From IMG/VR virus record IMGVR_UViG_3300025706_000005: a stretch of 60,913 bases of DNA, one strand, 5' to 3'. The translations under genes and the position numbers were made by a program. The DNA is from a virus. The notes beneath the pieces were generated by a model. It was not told the origin of the DNA. It saw only the letters and a program-made list of their open reading frames with translations, and searched no databases. Shown piece after piece: positions 27,001 through 32,346 of this stretch (position 1 is its first letter; the number at the start of each line of letters is the position of its first letter).

Positions 27001-30000
27001 TCTTCTCTCTCTTTTCCTTGAGCTGCTGATTGATGAAGGTGGTGGCTGCCTGCTTCGGGTTCTGGGCGTCTATGCGCCTGCCATCGGCCTCGGCCAGCCT
27101 GAAAAGGGCGTGCTTCGCCTCCGCCCCTTTTACTGGGTGGATGGTGGAGTCCTTGATGTCGCTGATTTCTTCGGCTGAAATACCGCTGTCCGCCAGCCTG
27201 GCTTCCAGATTGGCGGACAGCTCTTCAACCTCTTCCGGCAATAATTTGACTTTTGCTTCGGCTTCGGTGCCTTCGGGCCAGGTCAGTTGACCGGCTTCTT
27301 GTTTTCCAGGTAAAGGCGCTCTACCTCCGCCAGTTCCGCCAGCACCTTCGGGTTCTTCTCGCCTTCCCGTAATTTCGCCAACTTCTCTGGTATCGGCAGC
27401 CCTTCTACCCCCAGCCTGCGTGCGAGATTTTCTCGGCTCATAAGAGTTTTTCTCCTCGCTATAAACGTAATTTAATTTGTTTGCAATTTCAAGCAATTTC
27501 TTTTCTTTCATCGCGTCGGCCAGTTTGTCGGCCTCTTTTATCTTTGCTTGAACGTCGTCGCCCGGCTTTACCTCGGACACCCCATAATCAATTCCCAGGG
27601 CTCCGGTCGGCATACCCGCGTGTTTCGGATGCTTGGTTTCAGTAAGGCCTTTCTCGACTTTCTTGGCCTCGATGTTTGCTGCCGCCGCCTGCATCACGGC
27701 TTCAATTTCTTCGGCGGTCTTATAGGGAAATACGGCCTTAAACTCTTCGCCTTTGCTGCGCTCGATGACGCCTTTGGCGTCTTTGACTGCTTTGGAAAGG
27801 TTCTCTCCCCATATTTCGGCCATCAGCTCATTGGCGCCGTCGTGGCCGTAAACCTTATTTACTCCGCCCAGGTTCTGCCCGTCCGCCATGACGACGGCAA
27901 AAGGGATTTGCCGTTGCTGCATTTCCTTGATGGCCCGGCTTACGGCTCCGGCGTTGTAGGTGTCCGGGATGATGGTATCGTGGAAAGCGTCAGCGGCTTC
28001 GGTGAGAAGACCTTTTATTTCCTCGTCATCGGTCCTTTTGGCCGCGTTCCTATATCGGATAGTCGGGTCCAGAATATTGTCGATTACTTTGTCGTCGGCC
28101 CGGAGTTCCGGGACCGGAGCTGCCGCAATCACGGCTTCCCGCCGGTCCTTCTCTGGATCGGAGTATTCGCCCGTTTCTGTCGGAGTCTTGGCTTCAGGGG
28201 TCGGGGCGGTAAGCATTTCTCTGGTGGGCGGAGCCTCCAGCTTTTTGGCTGGTGGTTGTTCCGTCGGCTCCGCCCCGGCCTTTGGAGCCGGCGCCGTGGG
28301 TTCGGTTCGCTTCTGTTCAAAAGGACCTTCAGGAGCTTCCTGGTCAGCCTTCTTCTTGCCAGGCTGTCCCTTGTTCTCCATGAAATTGAGCATGGTTTCA
28401 AGGTTGATGCGTTTTACGTCCAGGTGGTCCAGCTCTTTCGTTGTGGCTGCGCGCTCCTCCGCGCTCATGGCCTGCCAGTCCTTGCCTTTCATTACGTCGC
28501 TGATGTCGGCCTGGTTCCGTTCCATTTCCAGCCGGATGGCTTCGGCGCCGCGTGCATAGAAGTCGTCCATCTTCCCGGCCTTCGCGGCCTGGTCTGCCGC
28601 CCGGTATTTGATGGCCGCTTCAGGGGTGGTGAAGTTGCCTCTTACTCCCCAGGCATGGAAAAGCATGATGCTGGCAGCTGCCGTCGCCAGCTCTTCAGGC
28701 GGCGGTGTTTCTCCGCCTTTCATCTTGGCCGCCAGGTATTCTGTGCCTGCGGACACGGCGCCTACTGTCAGGGTCTGGCCGGTGGTCTTGGCGATCTGTT
28801 CTGCCCGGCTGATACTCTGCATGACGGCCTTCTGGCCGATACCGGGCAAGGCGCCTACTGCACCCAGGGAGCCGAATACAACCGCTGATTTGCCTATGTC
28901 GGCAACCGAAAACTCCTGCTCCGGGTCCAGGACCTGCCCTGAAGCTCCGAATATGGCGCCTGTGCCTGTGCCTTCGATGATGTGCTGCGCTGCGGCGCCG
29001 GCCTTTGTGCCTGTCCTGGTGGCTCCGGCCAGGGCTTCCGGGACAAGGGCGGTAGCGCCCAGGGCCCTGCCTTCTGCCGCCAGCTTGGTCAGTCCTGCTT
29101 TGGATAGGGCTCCTGCACCCTTGAGCGCCGGCAATGACGCTGCAAAGTCGATAAGGCCCATTGTGAAGTTCTTGGCCGCAATCATACCGGAGTTCATTCC
29201 GTAGAATGTTTCCGGGTCGTCCTTAATCTCGTCCGGGGTGGTCAAGGCAACCGCGTCAACCGGGGAAATCGTAGTTCCCAGGCGCTTGGTGGCGCCCATT
29301 GTAGCTGCTGCCAGGCGTCCTTTCACGCTGGCCAGCAGCTCCGGCGTCATTCCGCCAGTCAGATACTTGCTCTGGGTCAGGCCGTCGGCCCATACCATTG
29401 CTTCACGGGCCAGTTCCTTAACCTTCTGCTGATATGCCGGGGTGTTCTGGTCCAGGCCCTTCAGTTGGTTCGCGGCCAGGTCCTGAAATCGCTGCTCCGT
29501 CGCGGCCTGCCGATATTCCGATACCTCTTTTAAAAACTCCTGGTCGCCGGAGCCCAGTTCTTCTGGCTTGGCTTTGGTCTGCGGCCTGGCTTCAAACTCT
29601 TCTTTCGGCTTTGCCGGTTGCTGCGGCTTCTGCTGGCGCTGCTTCTTTATGTCCATGCGGACCTGGGCCTGGGTCTTTGCAGCTCCAGTGATGGCGTCAG
29701 GTTCGGGTTCGGCAGGCGGTGGGACAATGGGTTGTGCTGTTATGTCCGGCGCGTTTTTAATTAGTATCGGGCGGACAGTGGGTTCGGTCTGGAATGTGGA
29801 CTGGGCCTCGTCAAGTCGGAGTCCGGCGTCAGGTAGCGGACCTATGGCCGGTGGCTCCGGCGGCAACATACTGGCAGGAGTATTTGCGCGTATCCTATCC
29901 AGCATATCCCGGTAAGGAACAACTGTTGTTTCTTCTGTTTCGGTAATGCTGGGTAGGTATTGTTCCGACTGCTTTGAAACACTGATACCGGAAATCGCTT

Positions 30001-30097
30001 CAAGGGCGCTCTTAAACTGTTCCGGTGTAGGGTTGTCGCTGGGAAATTCTACCTCATAGACCTGCCCGGTCCTCGGATGCGTTATTTCGTAGAGCAT
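15068..30097 (-). CDS. Giant multidomain (polyvalent-type) virion/ejection protein, 5,009 aa
   Basis: Uninterrupted 15,030-nt ORF in the internal-virion-protein position of the late operon. It carries multiple recognisable enzymatic motifs, listed as separate features. Confidence 0.9.
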   Translation of the reverse strand: MLYEITHPRTGQVYEVEFPSDNPTPEQFKSALEAISGISVSKQSEQYLPSITETEETTVVPYRDMLDRIRANTPASMLPPEPPAIGPLPDAGLRLDEAQSTFQTEPTVRPILIKNAPDITAQPIVPPPAEPEPDAITGAAKTQAQVRMDIKKQRQQKPQQPAKPKEEFEARPQTKAKPEELGSGDQEFLKEVSEYRQAATEQRFQDLAANQLKGLDQNTPAYQQKVKELAREAMVWADGLTQSKYLTGGMTPELLASVKGRLAAATMGATKRLGTTISPVDAVALTTPDEIKDDPETFYGMNSGMIAAKNFTMGLIDFAASLPALKGAGALSKAGLTKLAAEGRALGATALVPEALAGATRTGTKAGAAAQHIIEGTGTGAIFGASGQVLDPEQEFSVADIGKSAVVFGSLGAVGALPGIGQKAVMQSISRAEQIAKTTGQTLTVGAVSAGTEYLAAKMKGGETPPPEELATAAASIMLFHAWGVRGNFTTPEAAIKYRAADQAAKAGKMDDFYARGAEAIRLEMERNQADISDVMKGKDWQAMSAEERAATTKELDHLDVKRINLETMLNFMENKGQPGKKKADQEAPEGPFEQKRTEPTAPAPKAGAEPTEQPPAKKLEAPPTREMLTAPTPEAKTPTETGEYSDPEKDRREAVIAAAPVPELRADDKVIDNILDPTIRYRNAAKRTDDEEIKGLLTEAADAFHDTIIPDTYNAGAVSRAIKEMQQRQIPFAVVMADGQNLGGVNKVYGHDGANELMAEIWGENLSKAVKDAKGVIERSKGEEFKAVFPYKTAEEIEAVMQAAAANIEAKKVEKGLTETKHPKHAGMPTGALGIDYGVSEVKPGDDVQAKIKEADKLADAMKEKKLLEIANKLNYVYSEEKNSYEPRKSRTQAGGRRAADTREVGEITGRREEPEGAGGTGGGRAPLPGKQEAGQLTWPEGTEAEAKVKLLPEEVEELSANLEARLADSGISAEEISDIKDSTIHPVKGAEAKHALFRLAEADGRRIDAQNPKQAATTFINQQLKEKREKNLVPWAQPFKQFVAVERQYRGNPMLFNPFGQEARGKELADTWKAEYEASVPKDAKAISQAKKARDDRFTHRAIVQAALDAGKDVPLSVLREYPDMTATTEAGKKKSEAIVAEANRKAKEAEQRAIAARTKTIAGVKIEVTSNPGDFRTIQKSGKKQTVQLVTENPYGKLPDTEAPDHPQLWAYTNDQAPAKNAPVVVVNQRSLMEDGGLDKHVAMIGWKSPEEALEAYTRNTAAVIKKGGKRDIRLAKGHYVFPDMASFLTWAKTGRRDLPLSERGYDPIKKPDYQPPEVVTHLISREQLNEGGYELAGNPKFIRIRAAQVPEYAAMKKLVLDWKTYQGDPNKLNEAIKAARAITFRIDDQAVRKARRELENYGMQKMGMRPGRYIISYGADMHTGQDIFEAGARIYEKELAEFNLNDSVLDLMRSTDPATLEPYMSMKAYFGEEWATKGKARIKQFFRMTDNDILEKDGRILGPNGYRKPAIDTDLPGVLSEAITGTTERAFDMEEQETEYQEPQSHGEAILTAINWYQDGKHRTKPQLWKSVEEQARKSLKDEQEYINYMTAVQEEQGNLAANEPQEARNANEDTMQEAVSEDLTPGKNVDLDTPEEIDTQTPAEQKEKDAQIQNEAETGENGQIPEPPRSEYDDSNLDYDPNADTGELPFSLGRPTPKQLLTNKMVLDEINAKVIAKMKMAKLMDKVKLVVSEDAPLTAELPVAREGMIEGFVIRGHGGVGHSLLWINANLGPERLEYVLAHELVGHLGIDIVLALNPGIRKQVDDLFRSEWEWAKANYNQEWRRIAEKHGAGYEEEKEWKEFRARYGAFPDYYQTWKQRKEGFGEAAAYKYLRSEWAARQLERVWKEQIVSGIPGRLLHYFRQLLNQLFAKIKNLIGRNGKPLDRKRFIDEAIKDIVAVLRQRGPSWEGTFEMQKAAMARAEMAGTRPTGRAFSVAPKRLADTWNNVPLYHGAKQWYPQLQTGMGDRAGGALYFHREPALAEQYGPRITTAKVNVKNVFDYHNPTHQKRLQAALKKEADWESWWTEEAKAGDWEILEKPSVIDMIKQQGFDSYIVNDHPGDALAVFNDESIVAQGKYRPGKETMLSAKPGQMDLFAAPIPEAPKAAEELAPEMKPPADKGAYILASEYRRKLYAPYAEGASSRTTPVEIDVPPVGSWRIDDKLNSLYGHPIDHLMEVKVSDVLAPELDREGRLDPVKRGDDERYAQWMKEGKQYPPVEITEMEDGRLSLVDGHRRLLAVKSLKKPTILAWVSHAVPAPSGAKDAVTGKPIMAGLTYEIANKKPWSEEKEAPEFLKQKTPTTKAIKKHHVAIYNGKEVVIEKPTSGEEFKSAAMRINDNAKEGVIRTPGGKYFHVSKSFRMARPITQEKAFEITGVATSEKAEPEKKLPWDRRTALAATDLFGQAVNPERQAIEQYKREKAEKEAAQARGAEDLPLFNDNEAERAAAAQMKLFSKAEQDKFLEEIGKQQIPELPADLENFDPDAPERIRATIQMQLPTAKEVLAKRSSYVFQDGSFLSRANSTELANNGGVRWRITYMNSKGLPAGHVYIDEAGAEIAIARDIAKARKAEAPQMSIAPAAPKPAQQRYLRLYHGGSEKIIGEKLVLGGRVAGQVTEENLGKGQDYGGIFFTPEPQFARTFAGHAPGGAGAVHSFLVDTRNIFDTTSQKDIKKLQAFVGKKYKNVDGDEETFTFQHFDFMAPKGEDGKRNVDWATMDPQVLEALGYDGAKIIENYGENEADRLFSYVLFKGGKDSPHWMMKEGETVEAAKKRLGLFEEPPRAGAVVSGLEVLDDIPNTSSISATFNEGEYEELPGIREIGLDQFNVTKPRDLYVTKDDIEWSEELAQRIKASGQIKPLIAVLDNEGYYILEGGHRLAALAVLGKKSLPALVIDARTEELPEGPAMSMAPATTPPVPGTEGMTANDLFDAINILDKQIRETAKLRYEPNNTPTVFRGKKTTIGKMNEARRLEKLQHLKDYREAVVGQLRRSVEELKRTNNIFLSGQAQAGEIGQAQIPGLPYQVQETGLYSNLEKVVSEAKMKAAPAAQWRKYLDPSSGRGTKADELKETGILKWLDEQAPGQTITKDELISAIKQKAIELKPIYKGPLAPGGQPKPEPRKPTYAKKLVWLERKTATGDTYYETKADDGLRYHIRSSGPNYWHLEEVNPGPEENAVIYTGTTLENTMTMAQRQVIQRAKAPTKLEWGDEKEIELSINFPHARRGDNMVKAVKAKKFDGTNILIYKDPYYGKFQTQYLEEDKAFDTMDAAKEYANEQNFYEFEKYYRIEPATGKSKWGKSDYVLRGGQNHTEILLTIPQEKIGLRYRTPVGHAYGDEADINQVLRLRVGEYLARRSPDSGLGSVLHIDEAQSDWHEAAVQKGGYFEPESAAQKTYAIPDITLQAYRPPTDRRPYGAWAFESNDGQHFVDIREGDGPGDAPDADFAREMAVEIFNEEERKMSARDRQEVSGRPEWAPWGKNWNDLAARLAIIKAATDEYPAVTWTTGETQAERYKLSNYVEKVAYDPKTKELAFVPKNQETYQTIGKMKDEAQIAEYVGKDVARRLIERENVYPNGNAYVLTENLKIGGEGMASFYDPEGKSSLNFARAMQRAAKALDPAAGQIETWEIEDDQGRKTKVWAIRITEPMKQAAELGLPMFSIETRKVQALPDQPKTTTQPAGSVPDSRLPWTGDAKPSPDYKNVVSEGGKLLDMVLAKTSELMPTEDMKERAKVEKMKDIIKAGEIDLPPIIVERDADGLYIVDGHHRWEAARQLGYDWVPVREYLPEDGWDLGMIAPSEADAIEIENMALPQFSVAGEGEAMKPMVNFHDDGSVTIYSPDSIRRSQWAKVNSYMKRLGYDWRGPDDAKRAISNFKSDLTGDHAEAIRYALGHGKYEKTDADRLTAKVTRYFGTTSDLREAGYINSKGSYLDFSGKKFGGSAGLRQMDHRDIGQADEEMPGGTAGMREFMAAGNIRMDYNSGTLDMVTAPNPQQRRALEQYISGKNGEIVIDLWEGLGDLNTSGYYERPLRVFEYEYPDGTPTSVIMADIDNFYAGKTIKKSDVLKWREAGEQFSLQPADAADLWAELPDVPGQHDVRYSLSEAEARMMGSQPIGQDEPEALDLLYKQNLEKMKGLKAKKKPEKLRALRQIKQEGTFLQKAVVPISDQLLNIAPDLRVSLRRYVRDKVRFRNEMRMMVIPFLQKKRAMNELDKASYDLAEKNGWDKEIERFNKKYGMEAEYAMKRAALDRIYTEAKRAGFDMGWQNVYAPRSTSDLEGFMQYIYGDADPVIREAVTEKEKAMREKADAKIKELEANYEKRLKEITEKTGARIAELQAKYMALLQQEPQAQQQMKAVDPGIKEKQKKAEEELQVSIAKERAALDERIKDMNDELQGRIQEQVSKQRPLTNEERWKLINSLIRGYNAAGLKIPKPGFTEARMVEFIGPELNIYYDHSDIALLKYIDGMTESIEMRKFFGQYAVLKDEQLDVPQSIGQVLDSLIEKGQLTRDAEARAKYLLNSYFSPTAMTNFWSTFRTIEYIETLGHIHSAITQLQDQAFAVGFAGPWNWLKAITSKNKVNVLKDFGIENLAVEFTEPTKLAKTMEKVFKLSGLASFDRFAKNNLINAAFYKYRSMANSPKQRKLLVTELTEYVGADLAEQTANEFKKGELTDNTMLAMFNVLLDFHPADPIELPPFYSTGGNLRTLYMLRQYPIKQLNNYRKQLFKMLKHKDPAVRKRAAGMLAAFIGGAIALGMTSDTIKDFLSGRPLRLGQTAVDNLLKLFGFTKYQIYQFRPQGEKLELAEALSHIVAPPFRIFESAIKDVARTVGAVQDGKAVKIADWDIWQSVPLAGKLYYWNIGGGLEKTEKTTVFKDLGGPSKEGTISWTVANGRATPGQMAIWNLYMEEQKDSVPGSMDGIIIGLRKMKNELNKEAKDNPAMKKKLQKSLDNIDHLIRHKQVELVKKWKAVK
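15698..17110 (-). other. Giant ORF aa ~4330-4800: long coiled coil followed by a hydrophobic C-terminal segment
   Basis: KEKAMREKADAKIKELEANYEKRLKEITEKTGARIAELQAKY ... then RKRAAGMLAAFIGGAIALGMT. Confidence 0.5.
18608..18865 (-). other. Giant ORF aa ~3745-3830: ParB/Srx-like domain 3
   Basis: LPPIIVERDADGLYIVDGHHRWEAARQLGYDWVPVREY. The DGHHR codons were verified at 18674-18688. Confidence 0.6.
21278..21535 (-). other. Giant ORF aa ~2855-2940: ParB/Srx-like domain 2
   Basis: IKPLIAVLDNEGYYILEGGHRLAALAVLGKKSLPALVID. Confidence 0.5.
21698..22210 (-). other. Giant ORF aa ~2630-2800: ADP-ribosyltransferase-like domain 2
   Basis: LRLYHGGSEKI ... DYGGIFFTPEPQFARTFAG ... VHSFLVDTRNIFD ... LGYDGAKIIENYGENEADRLFSYVLF. 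Confidence 0.55.
23198..23515 (-). other. Giant ORF aa ~2195-2300: ParB/Srx-like domain 1
   Basis: YPPVEITEMEDGRLSLVDGHRRLLAVKSLKKPTILAWV. The DGHRR codons were verified near 23255-23270. Confidence 0.55.
23738..24145 (-). other. Giant ORF aa ~1985-2120: ADP-ribosyltransferase-like domain 1 (ART-PolyVal-like, H-Y-[EDQ] type)
   Basis: VPLYHGAKQW ... GGALYFHREPALAEQYG ... VKNVFDY ... GFDSYIVNDHPGDALAVF. Confidence 0.5.
24668..24865 (-). other. Giant ORF aa ~1745-1810: HExxxH motif region (possible metallopeptidase)
   Basis: GHGGVGHSLLWINANLGPERLEYVLAHELVGHLGIDIV. The HELVGH codons were verified at 24722-24739. This is not the canonical HExxH spacing. Confidence 0.3.
27488..28000 (-). other. 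Giant ORF aa ~700-870: GGDEF-like nucleotide cyclase domain (KGEEF variant, no RxxD I-site)
   Basis: FAVVMADGQNLGGVNKVYGHDGANELM ... VIERSKGEEFKAVF ... ALGIDYGVS ... EADKLADAMKEKK is collinear with the DxDxFKxxNDxxGHxxGDxxL ... RxGGEEF ... SxGxx ... ADxAxYxAK layout. The KGEEF codons were verified at 27740-27754. Confidence 0.6.
28628..29200 (-). other. Giant ORF aa ~300-490: Gly/Ala-rich hydrophobic segments
   Basis: GMIAAKNFTMGLIDFAASLPALKGAGAL, GAIFGASG, SAVVFGSLGAVGALPGIG, ATAAASIMLFHAWGV. Confidence 0.5.
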
Positions 30098-30106
30098 TAT
30101 CGCCCT

Positions 30107-31450
30107 TTATTTGATTTTTGGTTTGACCTTTATTACTGTCCCGTCAGGTAATTTAATCTCTTGGGCGCCGGAAGGCAAAGCAGAACCTGGTCCCGGTGCC
30201 GGTGCCGGTTCAGGGTTCATCGGCGCCGGAGCCGGTTCCGGCTCTCCGTCCAGGCCTTCTCCGAAATTGAGATCGCCGGTCCTGATATTCGGGTTCGCGG
30301 CTTCGTGGGTCGGCGTAATAAGGTCGATGCCAAAGTCCTGCTTCATGTCGCGGACAAATATCGTCTGCTGGTCCGTGGTGTATTTCAGGGTCTTGGCATA
30401 ATCCTCGGCTGCGGACCGATACCTGGTAATTTCGTCGTCGATATCCTGGACCAGCTTTGCAGCCGCCTCAAACTTGCCCTCGTAGAGCTTTTTGGCTTCC
30501 GGGTCCTCGATGCTGCCCATACTGGCCTTCGCCTGGTTCATGAGTGCCTGGGCGGTCTGCCGGCGCTTGTTCGCGTCCTTCACGGCCTGTTCCATTTTTG
30601 CGACGTTCAGATTGATATCCTCAACCTGCTTCGCATACTCCAGATTGACCTGCTCCGCGTCCTTCCGGTTCTTCATCTCGTCGCCCTTCACCTTCCTGGC
30701 GGCCAGGGCAAGTTTCGCGGCGTCGCCTCTCCTCTTCAGCTCGTCGGCCTTTTGCCGGTATTCCAGTTTCGCTGCTTCAGCGTCAGCCTTCGCCTGGGCT
30801 GCCAGCTTCTTAGCTTCGTTGGCCAGGTAGGTCGCCTCCTTCGTTCCGGTCATTCTGAACATTTCCATGCCCTGTGCCGGAGCCTCGCCCGTGAAGCCGG
30901 TGTCCTGAATTGCAGCTGCGGCCTTCTGTTCCAGGGTTCCGGGCTGTGCGACGCCTTTCCGCAAGGCTTCCAGGTTTGACTGCTCGATGCCGGCCTTGTC
31001 CTGGTCTTTAATCATCTGTTCAAAGCCCTGCACCATTTTCTGAAAGCCTGCGTCGTCCGTGGCAAAGGCCAGCTGCTGTATGGTTTCTTTCGGCGCCAGG
31101 GTTTTCCTCGGCTTGCCGGTGGTCGGGTCCGGCTTGATGGCTGCCCTTGCCTGGTCATAAAGGGCGTCGGTAATTGTCATTTGGTAGGCCCCGCGCGCCA
31201 CGTCCTCAAAAGACGGGTTCGGCTTCATGTATTTCAGGACGTGCGGAGCTTTCTGCTGAAGCTCGGACAGGATGCCGGCCTTCAACTGCTCCTTGTTCTT
31301 GGTTTCCTCAACCTGCTGAAAGCCTCTGATGATGTTGCCCAGCAGGGCCCCGCCCTTGTCGATGGCGGAGCCGACGGTCTGCCCGTATTCGGAATAGTTC
31401 ACCGGCCTTGGCGCTGCCGGAATATCGACGTTGGTGGGTAATTGCAACAT
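30107..31450 (-). CDS. Internal virion / ejection-associated coiled-coil protein, 447 aa (assigned by position)
   Basis: Long Ala/Lys/Glu-rich helical ORF immediately upstream of the giant ORF, with a Pro-rich C-terminus. Confidence 0.6.
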   Translation of the reverse strand: MLQLPTNVDIPAAPRPVNYSEYGQTVGSAIDKGGALLGNIIRGFQQVEETKNKEQLKAGILSELQQKAPHVLKYMKPNPSFEDVARGAYQMTITDALYDQARAAIKPDPTTGKPRKTLAPKETIQQLAFATDDAGFQKMVQGFEQMIKDQDKAGIEQSNLEALRKGVAQPGTLEQKAAAAIQDTGFTGEAPAQGMEMFRMTGTKEATYLANEAKKLAAQAKADAEAAKLEYRQKADELKRRGDAAKLALAARKVKGDEMKNRKDAEQVNLEYAKQVEDINLNVAKMEQAVKDANKRRQTAQALMNQAKASMGSIEDPEAKKLYEGKFEAAAKLVQDIDDEITRYRSAAEDYAKTLKYTTDQQTIFVRDMKQDFGIDLITPTHEAANPNIRTGDLNFGEGLDGEPEPAPAPMNPEPAPAPGPGSALPSGAQEIKLPDGTVIKVKPKIK

Positions 31451-31462
31451 GGCGGCTCCTTG

Positions 31463-32335
31463 TTATGCGGTCGCTGCGCGACGTTCCCAGAAATTGTAGT
31501 TCTGCTGCTTTCCAGCTTCGGAGTTAAACAAATTCATGGTCCCCATGATAAGCTGGATGGCCTGGTTGATGCCGTTGACGCGGTTCTGCTCCGCGATGTC
31601 GGCCTTCTTCATGGAGATCGCTTCTTTTGTGGAGTATTCTTCCAGGTCAGCCTTCCGCCTGGCGGAGCCTTCGGCCACCAGCTGCGCCCTCTCGGCTTCA
31701 TCCAGCTGGCGCTCTGTGAGCTTTCGGTTTAATTCCCAGCGGCGCTTTTCTTCGGCTACCTGTTCGGCCTGGAATTGTTCGGCTCTTTTTTGCGCGGCCT
31801 CTTCAGCCTTCCGCTGTTTGCTGGCGTAATACCATTGGACACCCAGGCCAATAAGGCCGGCCACGGCTCCGACAATGGGGACTACGGCGCCGGCTGTTGC
31901 CAGGATGCCCGTGGTAGCTGCCGCTGCGCCGGTTCCGATAAGGCCTGCCGCCTTCGCTGCCGTAGCTGCTCCGCCTGCGATATTGGCTGCCGCTGCTACA
32001 TTCTCCAGGGCTCCTGGGCTCTGCTGCATACCTGCGCCAGTATTGTCCATGCTGGGCTGAAACTGGGGGCTTGCAATGTTCCTGCTTCCGCCACGCTCCA
32101 GCATTTCCTGGGTGAGCGATGGCGGTGCCGCTTCGATGACGCTGGGCCTCGGTGTCGTTGTTCCAAAGTCCATCGCGCGCTCCGATGAAAGGCCCAGGCT
32201 CAACGGCCTGGGGGCCGCCATGAATAACGACTGGCCAGGAGTGAATTGGCTTTGCAATTCTTCTGGTTTGTAGCCGAAAGTCTCTTCAAAAGAGAACGGC
32301 TTTGTCGGCGGGAGATTGATGTCGAAAGTTGCCAT
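31463..32335 (-). CDS. Internal virion protein with a Gly/Ala-rich membrane segment and coiled coil, 290 aa
   Basis: AGGATAAKAAGLIGTGAAAATTGILATAGAVVPIVGAVAGLIGLGVQWYY followed by a charged helical region. Confidence 0.6.
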   Translation of the reverse strand: MATFDINLPPTKPFSFEETFGYKPEELQSQFTPGQSLFMAAPRPLSLGLSSERAMDFGTTTPRPSVIEAAPPSLTQEMLERGGSRNIASPQFQPSMDNTGAGMQQSPGALENVAAAANIAGGAATAAKAAGLIGTGAAAATTGILATAGAVVPIVGAVAGLIGLGVQWYYASKQRKAEEAAQKRAEQFQAEQVAEEKRRWELNRKLTERQLDEAERAQLVAEGSARRKADLEEYSTKEAISMKKADIAEQNRVNGINQAIQLIMGTMNLFNSEAGKQQNYNFWERRAATA

Positions 32336-32346
32336 TTGCTCCTCCG

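Noticed and set aside
15068-30097. The idea that the giant ORF is an N4-like virion RNA polymerase.
   Set aside because: Size and genomic position are suggestive. However, I could not recognise single-subunit RNAP catalytic motifs in the translation, and the genome carries several sigma70-type promoters. This is left as unsupported rather than excluded. Only profile or structure searches can settle it.
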